Positions 50,811-62,584 of a DNA stretch of 64,000 nucleotides are shown piece after piece. Position numbers and translations under genes: made by a program. The notes beneath the pieces were generated by a model. The model made no database searches and was not told the origin of the DNA. It worked only from the letters and a program-made list of their open reading frames with translations. The stretch is from assembly GCA_040954595.2 (NCBI GenBank), contig CM082576.2, forward strand, positions 17,097,028-17,161,027, in the 5' to 3' direction. Each line of letters begins with the position of its first letter. The first letter of the stretch is position 1. Source of the DNA: Balanoglossus misakiensis. Lineage: Eukaryota; Animalia; Hemichordata.

Positions 50811-53686
50811 TTAATGCACACTGTCAACTTCACTTCATTTCCCAAACACTTTCCGTCCTCCCCACACCATGTTCTCCCCTGGAGTAAATGACAACAACAC
50901 TTACTTTACATATCGTCTTCCTCACACACATTATCCACCCCCTTGTACACACCCTAAGTTAAAACTAACCTACTCTTACCAACATAACCACTTTCCATCT
51001 CCACACCCCCTCACCAACACCCTGTTCCAAATCATTCACTGCTTTCGCATACTTTCCATACACCCAAATCTGCTTTCAACTCCCCTCACACCACTACCAC
51101 TTTCCAACTTCCAACCACATCACATCCCTTTAAAACACTTTTGTAATACACTTCTCATTTTCTTCCAGGAGTCCTGTAAAAATCAGAAACGCCCTTCAGG
51201 TTAAATCGAGGGCGTGACCCGACCAAGAACGACATCCAGATCAATACGAGATCAACTCCAACGCGTAAGTACACTTTGCCTCATTCATCACATTCTACTT
51301 TCTCCTCACAACAACTCTCCACACACATACTACCAATTTGCTACTTATTCTTCAGCTCCTTCCACAACTCCCCAGCCTTCAACTTATACTGACATTTCCA
51401 ATTCAAAGCACACATGCGCTCTCAGCCCTCAGTATTATGCTTATACAGCCCACTCACAAAGCACCACATAACCTCACACAATACTACCATCAACAATTAT
51501 CCACAAACAACTTAACTCCGCCAACTGCACACCAACTATCAAGCTCACCCACCTACATAACTACCGGTACACTACCCCCCCCCCATTCATCTCCCCAATA
51601 TGCTACACAGCACTTCTGCGCAACTCTCAGCCACACCTCCCCCCATTCCCACAACTCCTTTTTACATATCGTGTACACCACTTACATTCAACACACACAC
51701 CCACCCACCCACCTCACTACCATCTCCCCATAATTCCACGTGATACAATACACCATTCACTTCAATGCACATGTTACATTCATTAACTACACCCACACAC
51801 GTACACCTTCATTCCCACTGGTACACCACATAGTAACACATCACAATTCACTACATCTTGGGTACCCTTCAATCATTTCAACCAATTCCTCACTCATGCC
51901 TACAACTACACTCCAACATCTATGTACTCACATCAATTCTCCACATAGCCACATCTACATACACACACACACTGCAGCTGCCTTATATCATATCCCATAC
52001 ACAGCGGATCCCATACACTGGGTATGATGGCACCTTCTCACACTTTGCCCCTTTTACATTGTATGCTCTCAAACATCTCATACCTACCAAACCTCACCCC
52101 AACACCATATCCTTCTTCCAGGTCAACACTTCAGCCAAAGCTGTACAGCTCGCTGATCAAGGCACCCACCAGACCATGCCATCTGGATCTGAAGTCCAAA
52201 AACAGATGGTATACATCGCCGATCAAACAGCAACCATGAAACTCGCCCTCTGGAGTAACGACATTCCACAAGTTAGCATCGGCCAGACCTACGATTTCGC
52301 AAACTTATCTGTTCGTTTCTTCAACAAAAAGACTCTTACCACTATACTACAGACACCATTATCACCCCCACAGTCAACATGGACAACATCATCAACAACG
52401 CAGACCCCTCCACAACACTAACAGGACAGATCGAATCGGCACAGTCCACCACAAAGTACATTTGCAGATGCAGAAAGACCCTCCCACCATTCTCCACAGA
52501 AATCACCACCATTAAATGCCCCGCCTGCCAAATGAGGATGAAAACCTGACCCGCTTAACACCCTCCATCACAACCCACATCACCCTTGCCACATCCACCA
52601 ACGAGATCCACAAACTGTCCATCCCCTCTCATGTCCTCTCCACCATGTTTCCGATGCACCCTCTGATCAACACTGATATCACCGAGGAACTCCTCCTCGA
52701 TATGCCACCCACAACATTCGCAGTCATGGACTACCAGGTCCTCGCCCTCCTCCACTCCACCACCACCTCCCACCTCTCCTTCCACTATGCAATCCACCAC
52801 CCCTCCATCCCCACCTTCCTCTACACCCACATGCCAATCCCCCACCACTCCACCATCACCACCTCCACTTCCTCCATGCCCCATCTCAGGCCAATCCAAC
52901 ACCAGTTCTCAACCCCTGCTCTAATCTCCACTGCCCCTGACATCTCACAACCTGCCTTCCAATCTTCCCCAAACCCATTCCACTCTGCCCTCACCACATT
53001 TGTCCATTCCCATTCAATGCTTCCACTCATCCAATCACTCCCCCCCCTATCATTTCATATACACATTTTCAAAGATCACGTACTTCAGTGATTGCCTTCT
53101 ATATTTTTACATATCGCTCACTTCATATATTGCGTCTTCAATGATTTCTTGTACAAGTTCTTCAAAACGTACTACCACTTAATTTGTTCCCGTACAATTT
53201 TTCAGCTCCACAATTTACAATTTTACAACTTCCATGCTTTCTTTTCGTATTTTGAAAATCAAGTAATTAGTTAATTTTAGAGTTCTATCGATTTCATTTT
53301 TGCTACTTCCTTGACAGATTTTTACAACTTCCTGCATTTGACTTCTTCGTTCTTTGACTTGTCTCGCAACATTTTCACTGTTGCATTATTTTAGGTGATT
53401 CGATGCTTTGTTGTTGCTGTTTTCTTAGATCAAATACTACTTCATTTTTGTTAACATTTACGCAGTTCCATTACTAATAGCCTATTTGCTACTTCCATGA
53501 TAGATAGATAGATAGATAATTTATTATAGTGACTAGTGTTTTTTCAACACCAAGCCACAACGGGCTTATTAGTCACTTTAAACAAAAAGAAATACATTTT
53601 CATCTGAGTTGCTGTTCATGATACACACACAAAAATGAAGTAAAAACTACACAGGTATCTGAAAAATCTCGCACAGAAATTGCAGA

Positions 53687-53738
<52 letters not shown>

Positions 53739-53745
53739 TAGGTTG

Positions 53746-56700
53746 TCAGCGTACTTCGTAGAGTACAGACTGCCGTTTCCAATAAGCTTTAGCAATAAAT
53801 TTTGATGTGCTTCGACTCATTTCATTGAGGAGCAGTTTTAGTTTCTCTATTTCTGACAAATCTTGGAACTCTGAAAAATGCTTACTGGTAATATCAAATA
53901 AATGCTCTCGATATTCAGTATATAAGGTACAGTGCAAAAGAAAATGAAATTCGTCTTCCACTGCATTCTCTGAACAAAATATGCAAGTTCTATCATTTAA
54001 AGCTTCCCCTCTAAATCTGCCTGTTTCTACTCGTAATGGCAAAATTCCTAATCTGAGTTGAGCTAGGAAAGAGCGTTTACTACGATCCAGAATACATGAA
54101 AGATATGATTCTTTTCCATAGCACGTTTTAAAATGTCTATAAGTACGCAGTTTTGGAATGTTAATAATATTGTTTGACCAAGAAGCAATTGTATCAGCAT
54201 GGAGCTTTTCTTTTAAGTGATCAATGTCACAAATTCCCCCATTTTCTAGTACATCAATGTCCACAGAATTAAAAATTTCATTCATTTCAAAACTCCAATT
54301 ATTTATGCATAACGAATTATCCCACATGAAAATACGCTTACACAATCTTTGTTCGTCAATTTTGACCAACCTATTCCAAAGTCTAGCCATGTTAACATAA
54401 TGCCTAGTTTTTGACGATATCCAGCCAGTGTCTCCAACCACTGCTGCAGTAGGTGCAAATCTATGTACACCAAGATAAAATCTAAGAGCTCTTAATTGAA
54501 TCTTATTACTATTCATGGAATTATTAAAACCCCATATTCCTGAGCAGTAATCCATAATTGGAACGACACAACTGTCATAAAGTTTTGAAAATGTCTTAAA
54601 TCCCATGTTCTTGATGGATTTAAATTTAGAACAAATATAACCTAGAGCTCTATTGGCAGATTCTGATAATAACTCCGACATAATTCTGAAATTTAAACAT
54701 TCATCAAATATAACCCCGAGATATTTACAATTCTTAACATAATCAATTTTCACTCCTGACATATAAAACCTGAAATCACTTCTAGCATATGACCTTTTTC
54801 TAAAATGAACAACGTGAGATTTCTTGATATTTATCTGAAGTCGCCACTTTATACACCAGTCCGTAATAAAATCCAACATTTGCTGCATATTTTCTTCATT
54901 ATCAGAGATAACTGCAATGTCATCAGCATATAACAAGATAGACACATTATCACCACCGATCTGTACTCCTTTTTGAAGATTTTTCAGACCAACTGCCAAA
55001 TCATTGATAAACAAAGCAAACAACGTTGGTGATAAGTTGTCACCCTGTCTAACACCAATGTCTGTGTTAAACCAATCAGAATAACAGTTGTTAACCTTTA
55101 CACACGCTGAAGTATTTGAGTACATGGCAGAAATCGAATTATACATCTTACCATTAATGTTGTTAATTAAAAGTTTATAAAGAAGAAGGTTTCTGTCAAC
55201 AAAGTCAAAGGCCTTTTGTAGGTCAACAAAAGTAACAAAGGTGGAAAGATTATTGTTAAGCCTATTTCTAATAATAGAGGTTAAAGTATAAACATGATCT
55301 TCACATGACCTATCTTTACGAAACCCATTCTGTTCATCTACAAGCAAATTGTTGTTATCAAGAAAACATATTAATCTATTGTTTAATACAGCACTATATA
55401 TTTTTGAAATTACAGAAATTAAACTTATACCCCTGTAATTAAGTGGGACTCTAGCATCACTTGTTTTACATTTCAAAATCGGTAAAATAATACTTTTCCT
55501 CCAAGCACAAGGTATTTTGCCCGAGTCAAAACACAGTTGGAACAAGTGAACAAGGACACTGATAACGTTATCACGTTTCAACACCTCATATGGTATTTTG
55601 TCCACACCTGGGGCTTTTTTATTTTTTCCCTTCATAACAGCTTTTTTAACCTCCATAAAGGTAAAATTCCTATTGATCACATGATTTTGTTCAAAAAGGG
55701 GATCTAACTGGTTATTTTCTAAAACCAATTTATGATGCACAGTAGTTCTATAAAATTCGTCATCGAATAACACCTGGTCATTTCTGTCCCCATTATATAA
55801 AGTAGAAAAATCATGCTGCCAGGTGTTTAAAACCTGCTCGGGGTCACATATAATCTCATTAGCCTCATTATAAGCTTCCATTGGAATGTTATTTTTGCTC
55901 TTTTTACCCGGTCCAATACGCTCTATGTGATCCCAAAATTTCCTAGGGTTGTTTGTACAAATTTCTTCGATATCTAATTGAACACCCCTCATATAGTTAC
56001 GTTCATGGAAACGTAAACGCTTGTCAAATAAATGTTGAGCATTTTTAAAATCTGCTCTGAGAATGTGATAACCCGTTTGACCTCTATTACGCTTCATAAA
56101 CTCCTTTTCTTTAAGTCTCATAATCTGCCACAGTGTCTTCAACTCTTCATTCCAGAACGGTTTGTTAGACTTGAACCGTTTTCTGGTCTGTTTAGTACAA
56201 TCAAAATGTGGGATAGATTCGTCCATATTGGCTATTATGCAATCACTGAGCTCTGTATATATGGCATCGATGTTGGTTTGATTTTCAACAACACTTTCTA
56301 TCCGGTCAATCATAAGCAAAAGGGCATTTTTAGTAGTCTCTGATTGCATAAAATCAACTGGCATAGAATCTAACCGATATTTCCTACAGGTTTGTTCACC
56401 ATTGATACGATTTGGTTGCCCGGGTGTACAATCATTAGTACCAGGTCTAACCAAGAACCTAAAGCTGAGAATGGAGTGGTCAGGAATTTTACTACGCTCA
56501 TTAAGAAAGTGAAATAAACCATGGTTTCCCACAAAGTCAGACATTTTCTGGACTTCAAAATCTGTACAGAGTGCAGCAGAGTCATGAGGAACAGCGATAA
56601 AATCCACGACTGCCTTGCCACGAGTTGAAACAGATGTGAAGTCATTACACTCATTTGAATATCGACCGTTCAATACATGCATTCTTGCGTCGTTCAGAAA

Positions 56701-57303
56701 TTCTATGAAAGAGTGACCGTGCTGATTTACATACGAATCAAGCACCTGCCTTATTGGAATATTATCATCAACACCCATTATTGAGCCATGCAATGCACCG
56801 ATTCGAGCATTGAGGTCACCGCAAATTATAACGCTGTCAACGTCATCTAATAAATACAGTTCATTCAAAAGATAACCAAAAAAAGACGTAGCATCTCTAC
56901 CCCAAGGGGAGTTTTCTGGTGGTAAATAACATGTGAACAGTACAAAAGTAAAATTGGTTACTTTGTGAACGAATTTCAAACCAAGAATTCCCTCATAACC
57001 GGAGCTAACAACAGAAATGAAAAACTCTTGATCAAGATTTTTCTTAACGAGAATTCCCACACCCCCAAATGTTCTGGTGGACCTTACATGAGTTTGTTGT
57101 CTATTTTTTCCAAACCAATGATATCCGTCAACTTGTATGGAAGCATTACTTGTTAAGTGTGTCTCATTTACACTAAAAATATCGGGTTCGTGAGCGTAAA
57201 CAATTGCTGATCTGAGGCCAGCGTTCGCATCAGTCCAACCACTTACATTCAGATGGGCTATCTTCAAAGACGAGTTAAAGTTCCATTGGGCTTGGAGTAA
57301 ATC
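53746..57303 (-). CDS. LINE ORF2: APE endonuclease + reverse transcriptase + C-terminal Cys/His motif; no AUG start
   Basis: HLNV, NETHL, GDLNAR, VVDF, PDH, NYRGISL, QNGFR, DLQKAFD, GVRQGDNLSP, YADD, CIFC..VEDEFHFLLHC. The frame is open from 57303, immediately after the ORF1 stop. Confidence 0.95.
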   Translation of the reverse strand, partial: DLLQAQWNFNSSLKIAHLNVSGWTDANAGLRSAIVYAHEPDIFSVNETHLTSNASIQVDGYHWFGKNRQQTHVRSTRTFGGVGILVKKNLDQEFFISVVSSGYEGILGLKFVHKVTNFTFVLFTCYLPPENSPWGRDATSFFGYLLNELYLLDDVDSVIICGDLNARIGALHGSIMGVDDNIPIRQVLDSYVNQHGHSFIEFLNDARMHVLNGRYSNECNDFTSVSTRGKAVVDFIAVPHDSAALCTDFEVQKMSDFVGNHGLFHFLNERSKIPDHSILSFRFLVRPGTNDCTPGQPNRINGEQTCRKYRLDSMPVDFMQSETTKNALLLMIDRIESVVENQTNIDAIYTELSDCIIANMDESIPHFDCTKQTRKRFKSNKPFWNEELKTLWQIMRLKEKEFMKRNRGQTGYHILRADFKNAQHLFDKRLRFHERNYMRGVQLDIEEICTNNPRKFWDHIERIGPGKKSKNNIPMEAYNEANEIICDPEQVLNTWQHDFSTLYNGDRNDQVLFDDEFYRTTVHHKLVLENNQLDPLFEQNHVINRNFTFMEVKKAVMKGKNKKAPGVDKIPYEVLKRDNVISVLVHLFQLCFDSGKIPCAWRKSIILPILKCKTSDARVPLNYRGISLISVISKIYSAVLNNRLICFLDNNNLLVDEQNGFRKDRSCEDHVYTLTSIIRNRLNNNLSTFVTFVDLQKAFDFVDRNLLLYKLLINNINGKMYNSISAMYSNTSACVKVNNCYSDWFNTDIGVRQGDNLSPTLFALFINDLAVGLKNLQKGVQIGGDNVSILLYADDIAVISDNEENMQQMLDFITDWCIKWRLQINIKKSHVVHFRKRSYARSDFRFYMSGVKIDYVKNCKYLGVIFDECLNFRIMSELLSESANRALGYICSKFKSIKNMGFKTFSKLYDSCVVPIMDYCSGIWGFNNSMNSNKIQLRALRFYLGVHRFAPTAAVVGDTGWISSKTRHYVNMARLWNRLVKIDEQRLCKRIFMWDNSLCINNWSFEMNEIFNSVDIDVLENGGICDIDHLKEKLHADTIASWSNNIINIPKLRTYRHFKTCYGKESYLSCILDRSKRSFLAQLRLGILPLRVETGRFRGEALNDRTCIFCSENAVEDEFHFLLHCTLYTEYREHLFDITSKHFSEFQDLSEIEKLKLLLNEMSRSTSKFIAKAYWKRQSVLYEVR

Positions 57304-58056
57304 CTATTCGCGCGCGTCGTTTGATTCCATAGTGTGACGTTGACGTGAGGGTTCCATGGGGTTTTTTCTTACGATGTGTCCACTGCCAGTTATACGAAAT
57401 TCAGCACCATTCGGTAGTTCATTCAATAAAGTACGCGTATTCAATTCCAACATGCGTTCTGCATGAGATTTACTAGATCGCAGGAACACTCTTCTGTAGG
57501 AATCTGAGTTTTTCAGTTCCTTTTTGCTTCTTAGAACCTGTATCTTCTGTTCCACGTTTTCCATCGCAAATTTTACCAGACCAGGAGATCCTTGTCGCCG
57601 TGACTGAAGACGTTTCGCTTTCACAACATGTACATGTTTTGCTGGTTCCCCAAGCTTACTGACAATGTCATTTACTTTAGCCTGTAAATCCTCGTTGTCC
57701 GCTTCAGGGACGTTAATCGCAATTAAACACACGTCATCATTGCTCAGAGGGTTGGCGTCAATGGCAGATATTCCGTCTTCACGGTTTCTAACAGCGGTCT
57801 CCAATACAGATATTTTAGCATCTATTCTGCCGATTTCCAACACAAACTCTTCCTTTAAACTTTTCATCTGGGATTCAACAGTTTCCATCAACTGATTTCT
57901 GAGTTTATCAACTTTGCTTTCAAGACCACGTTGGCCCGACTCCAGCTTATGTAACAGGTGGAGAATTTCATTGTTACCGCCTTCCACGTTCTCCATTTCG
58001 CTTGAACTCTTCCGTGGACGTTTTCCTGCCTTTCCTCCCTTTTCACTTGCAGCCAT
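57304..58056 (-). CDS. LINE ORF1 (basic N-terminus, coiled coil, RRM-like domain), 250 aa
   Basis: ATG in good context (gacggATGG), heptad-rich middle, LIAINVPE...AKRL...PGLVKF...VLRSKKELK...VFLR. Confidence 0.9.
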   Translation of the reverse strand: MAASEKGGKAGKRPRKSSSEMENVEGGNNEILHLLHKLESGQRGLESKVDKLRNQLMETVESQMKSLKEEFVLEIGRIDAKISVLETAVRNREDGISAIDANPLSNDDVCLIAINVPEADNEDLQAKVNDIVSKLGEPAKHVHVVKAKRLQSRRQGSPGLVKFAMENVEQKIQVLRSKKELKNSDSYRRVFLRSSKSHAERMLELNTRTLLNELPNGAEFRITGSGHIVRKNPMEPSRQRHTMESNDARE

Positions 58057-58339
58057 CCGTCAACAGACTACCAAAGAGCTAGTCAGAATAACTTTAACTT
58101 ACGATATCAGTGTTCCAAAAGCCAAGAAGTGTCCAAGTTGGAGACAAATTCGAGAATTTTTCAGGAGCCTGTGCTGAGCTCTCCATGCACCTAGAGAACA
58201 GCGCCCACCATGACTTCTTGTGTTTAGCTGATACATCACTGGATGGTAACATTGCTAACTATTTTCATCGATATATGACTACATGGACAGATAGATAGAT
58301 AGATCAATAGACAGACAGATAGACAGATATCTCTGTTAA

Positions 58340-58717
58340 AGTGAACCGACACCTTCCTTGTAGAGAGATTCTAATAAAATCTTTGTGAAAAACATGAGTG
58401 ATTTGCGTCGTTTTTATTCACTTTCACTTATCGCGCAGCAGCGTAGCGTCGATCTCGATATGCAGTGTGACGTCACCAACTACGCACCAGTAGCAGACGC
58501 CACCGTGCGCACGCTAACGTACACAGACAGTTGACATGACTGGCTCCCTCGCAAGTGGGAGCAAAAACAGAGTTGGCAAAAACACGGTGAAAGGTTTTAT
58601 AAGAGTTCCCGACCCTTCGGTGGACAGTCAAAATGCAAATCGACCTGAAAAATGGGTGTCAAACATTGGCATATTATTTCGGTGCTTATTGCTGAGACAG
58701 ATGATACTTTTGCTTCG
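58340..58717 (+). mobile_element. Second copy of the TTAA-flanked transposon 5' end (truncated in exon 1)
   Basis: Reverse complement of 38245-38622; one substitution noticed (ATGACT vs ATGGCT). Confidence 0.88.
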
Positions 58718-59711
58718 TATATCGTGAAGCATATTGCAAAAAAAAAAAAAACTACACAGCAAAAATTGTCGAAACAGCCGGGGCTCCTGATTTCCTTTGA
58801 TCACCATATGACGAAACCGAATTTTTGGCACTGTAAATCAAAACTCTGATCGGAAGAAAGTAGTGTGGCGGAAATAGGCCTACTAGTGAACACTGTTTTT
58901 GTCGCGTACCCAAGCTGTGAATGCATCTTTGCGGCAACTGCTACTGCCTTTTAAAAGGCAGTAGCAGTTGTCTAGAGGGTTTATATTCGCGACTGTAAAT
59001 CAGTCGTACGACCGGTCGTGGGACTTGGTCACGTGAATCGTTGGTTCATTGTGGGCCAGGTATCGTCGTTGATGGTAGTGTTTGTTTACATTTCTCCTTT
59101 GGTTTCAGTAAACGTACGAAGCGTAGTACTGTACATATGCTGATACGCGAAGTAATCATGATATTTGTTGATGTCCATAACGTACTGTAACAGGAATCTC
59201 GCGATCATCTTGACGTTTGTCCGCAGCGATTTTCGTAGCAGTTGAATTTAAATCTCCATGCTCTGACTCGATTAGCGGAGTGGTTGCCAAGGATACTTGA
59301 TTGACATTCACTTCAGTAAACAAATTTTGAAGTTGCCTTTGAAAACAATGAATCTCTAACTATTCTACAAGTCAATATATACAATAAAACAGTTCTGAAT
59401 ATGTGCTTTGTCACCATAATAAAAACGAAAGTATTTCTTAAACGTGCTCGTGGGGCCGACGGCGTCCCCACGTTGGAGCGTTCTATACGTCACGCGGACG
59501 CGCATTTCAGTATCACACAGTCTTGGAGCAATCGACTATACTACCGCTCGACGTCCACGGTCCAGGACGCAAGCATGGCAAGGGTTACACCAATATTACA
59601 ATCCCGTAAGTAAGGGCTCGAAATTATATCAGTCTGCCTGTACCGGGCATGTACATTTTTGCCAGGGATAAGTGTTTTCGAAAACTACTTGTCCCTACTG
59701 TAGCTACAATA

Positions 59712-59863
59712 TAGCCTTGGTGGTGGGCACAAGTCGCATCGTACGCTCAGAATATGATAGAAAGAGCTCGGTGCGACCTCCCTGGTGTATCGCTGTCGAC
59801 TGGCCTAGCCGACAGCGATTCACCAGCCCACCACCCCAAGGATAACTAGCCCCACCAAGGCTA
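59712..59863. mobile_element. Small TAG..CTA MITE (Academ-like ends) with a branched internal structure
   Basis: TIR TAGCCTTGGTGG / CCACCAAGGCTA; no clean TSD. Confidence 0.55.
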
Positions 59864-60590
59864 CAATTATTGCAGCTAACTTGTCCCATGATGAGCAGGT
59901 ATTATTTTCAGCCTGCAACCAACAGGGTAGCCCTGCGCACAGGTCTGTGTGTTCCCGGCGTTACACCAGAAAATCATGTTTAAATTCATATACCCTTTGA
60001 AAAATAATTAGTTGGATATTTATCTGACATTAGAAAAAAGTAACAGAGATCAACAGTCATTCCATGTCCAACCCCTTTTGCAAATCTCTTGACACCGAGG
60101 GCGCTGTTACCCAATACTACAGAGCCAGTTTTACATGTCAAGACAGGGAACTCTTCTTCTTGTTTTCAGTAAGTTTATTGTTATTGATTGATTGATAAAA
60201 TAAACAAAAACATTGTTTGTTTTTCACGTTTGTGTGTTTGTTGACAGGTTAGGGTTGGGGGTTCATTCACTCCCTAGATATATTGAAGGGTTGAAAGTAG
60301 TCCAGAACGACAAATAAGTGTCTCCGTTTGAAAGGCAAGTACGTCAGTGAAATTCAAATTGGGCCAATCACACTTCCTGGTTTATGCTAGTGGCAATACA
60401 GGACTAACAAGCTACATGTATTTGATTGGTCCAATTTGAATTTCACTACCCGCTGCACTGAGACACTTGTTCAATGATTACCCTTTTCAAGGAATTGCAT
60501 GATAGATGTTGTAAGTAAAGGATCTGTTGTCACTACAAACATAATATTTCAATTTTTCTGGACTTGAAAATACAGGGAGATCATAGAAAT

Positions 60591-60977
60591 TAGTCTGGTC
60601 CCCTGCCCCAATCCCACCGCTGGCTGCGCTACGCTAAAGGGAAAGGGTCAGGCACGGCCTATTGTAAACATGGCTCTCATTAGTCGATACATACGAACAT
60701 TAAGTCGTTAAGTTGATAAGTTGTTGTAAGATACTCATTTCCCATTCTCTCCTTTACCCCCATGAATGTTTATCATTTGATTTCCAACTTTACAACAAAC
60801 GAAACAAAATAAACTGCCTGGATGAATCTTGACTGGCGTACGGATATTGGAGGCATCCATCTTGTTTATGATCATGTGGTCTTCCCAGGTTTCTGGGCTT
60901 GAAATCGGGCTGTACCCGACCCCTTTCACTTTAGCGTAGCGCAGCCAGCGGTGGGATTGGGGCAGGGAACCAGACTA
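60591..60977. mobile_element. AcademH-type non-autonomous element
   Basis: ~80-bp TIRs beginning TAGTCTGG, and a perfect 9-bp TSD CATAGAAAT (60582-60590 / 60978-60986). Confidence 0.88.
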
Positions 60978-62584
60978 CATAGAAATAGGCTTGATTCAAC
61001 CCTAGCAGTCTTTAGACTGGGCGCGATTCTAAGTAATTATCACAACACTAAAGCATACTGGGAAATTTCAGCACTCAATGACCTCTGTTATGGCGGTCAA
61101 GAACCAAGTGTACATGAAAGATTTCAGTCTAATTTTTTTCTATGTTTTGAGAGTACATAACAGATTTTGTTATTTTTGTGAAAATTATTTAAATAAAGCA
61201 GTAAGTGAATCAAAGAGACGAATTGAAAAGCTTGGCAAAAAAATAAAACTGAGTTACCTTTGACCCCTTCTATTTTAGCCTTCAGAGCAATCCACCCACT
61301 GCTAAATAAATGTATGTATTTCTCAGACTGCAGTTCCTTAACGATTGGTAACAGAAATATCAGCAGACGCCTTTATCCAGGCAGTACAAGTGTGGAGAGT
61401 GCAGGTGCAAGTTTTGGATCAACCCCTAGTATGACATTACCAGCCTTTCCGAATATGGATGCTAGGACAAGGTGAGGTCATAGGTCATTCAATAGTTCAA
61501 CCAGACAGACTTATACAGTGAGTACATGCACGCATCAGGGATGGATCCCAAGTCTGTGTTTTGTACATAAACCTATATTATTGTACACCTTCATAAAATT
61601 TGTAGGAGCAAATTTGCCATGGACTGGAATCAAACGAGAACCAAACAAAATTGTTACAAGAATATGCAAATTAATTAGTACCCAGTCACAATTAGAATGT
61701 GACAGTCACTCAGTCGACAGTCACGAACGTCTCAACTGTTTTGTGACTGAAGACTCCACAGATATAGAAATTTATTGTACTATTATACCTGCCAGAGGTA
61801 ACGCTTGTGGTCGTCGCGCCGTGTGGGTGTCCCCCCTGATGAGAATATTGTCCTCCCATACAAGCGCAAATCCCACTGCAGTCGCCACAACCTCTTCAGT
61901 TGCTATTATGCCCTGTCTTTGCTGCGATTGGCTGCTTCGTTCATTCTAAGAATTATCTCATTTCAGGGATTTGTGGATGAATTGTAATGTTTATAAACAA
62001 ACAAAGGCAATGCCCTGACACCTTCACTTTAATCTCTCAAATTTCGTACTGTATAAACAAGTAACTTTTAACGTTGATACTAAGACACACACTCACACAC
62101 ACATTTTCAAAAGGAGTGTTCTATTCCATGTGCACTCTCTTCTAGTTCTCTTTGATTCTTCACCAAAGTGTTCTAATTGAGATTATCAACCAAGTGACTT
62201 CAACCAATCAGATTGCTGAGATTATAAACCAGGTGACTTCAACCAATCAGATTGCTGAACTGCAAGTATATCATAATACAGTTTGTAACATTTGTAACAT
62301 ATAAATGATTTTTGTAGTGGCATAAGAAGAGCGAAATTCTGCGGTACTCTTGGTAGGCGGGATGAAGCAATTGTGATCTCATCTGACAACGATGATGCAA
62401 CTCCATCACAGAAGGACTTGTTCATTCGAAAAGCCAATCAGTGTGGTAGGTACATATCCTTCCACATTGGGAGAAAAATACCCTGCTGTGAAACTTCAAT
62501 TGACAGAGATAGTTGCTATGGTTTGGATAAAATATGTGATCTTTGTGTGCTATGATTTCTGTCTGGTGTTGAGTGTTGCCAGAT

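Larger units (their letters stand above)
41640..52760 (+). pseudogene. Spliced RPA70-like ssDNA-binding protein gene (three predicted OB folds + Zn ribbon), frameshifted
   Basis: Exon 41640-41818 (ITGYIHDVSPVK..YFNARFQ) splices in phase 2 to 51169-51264 (SPVKI). The exon from 52122 has VNTSAKAV..IADQTATMKLALW..GQTYDFANLSVRFF, then YICRC-x15-CPAC. A linker exon was not identified. Confidence 0.7.
53501..58207 (-). mobile_element. Full-length, intact RTEX-like LINE
   Basis: Candidate TSD CCATGA (53495-53500 / 58208-58213), ~150-bp 5' UTR, two uninterrupted ORFs, AATAAA plus a (TCTA)n tail. Confidence 0.92.

Noticed and set aside
50308-52027. His/Thr/Pro-rich ORFs
   Set aside because: By-product of the G-poor, C/A-rich composition (few stop codons); they lie in introns of the OB-fold gene.
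38245-58717. 378-bp inverted repeats as TIRs of one 20-kb element (Polinton-like)
   Set aside because: The TTAA-marked termini face the interval between them, so these are two outward-pointing copies. The interval has no polB, integrase or capsid ORFs.
61250-62460. Possible exon remnants
   Set aside because: Interrupted frames and no recognisable motif; cannot be supported.
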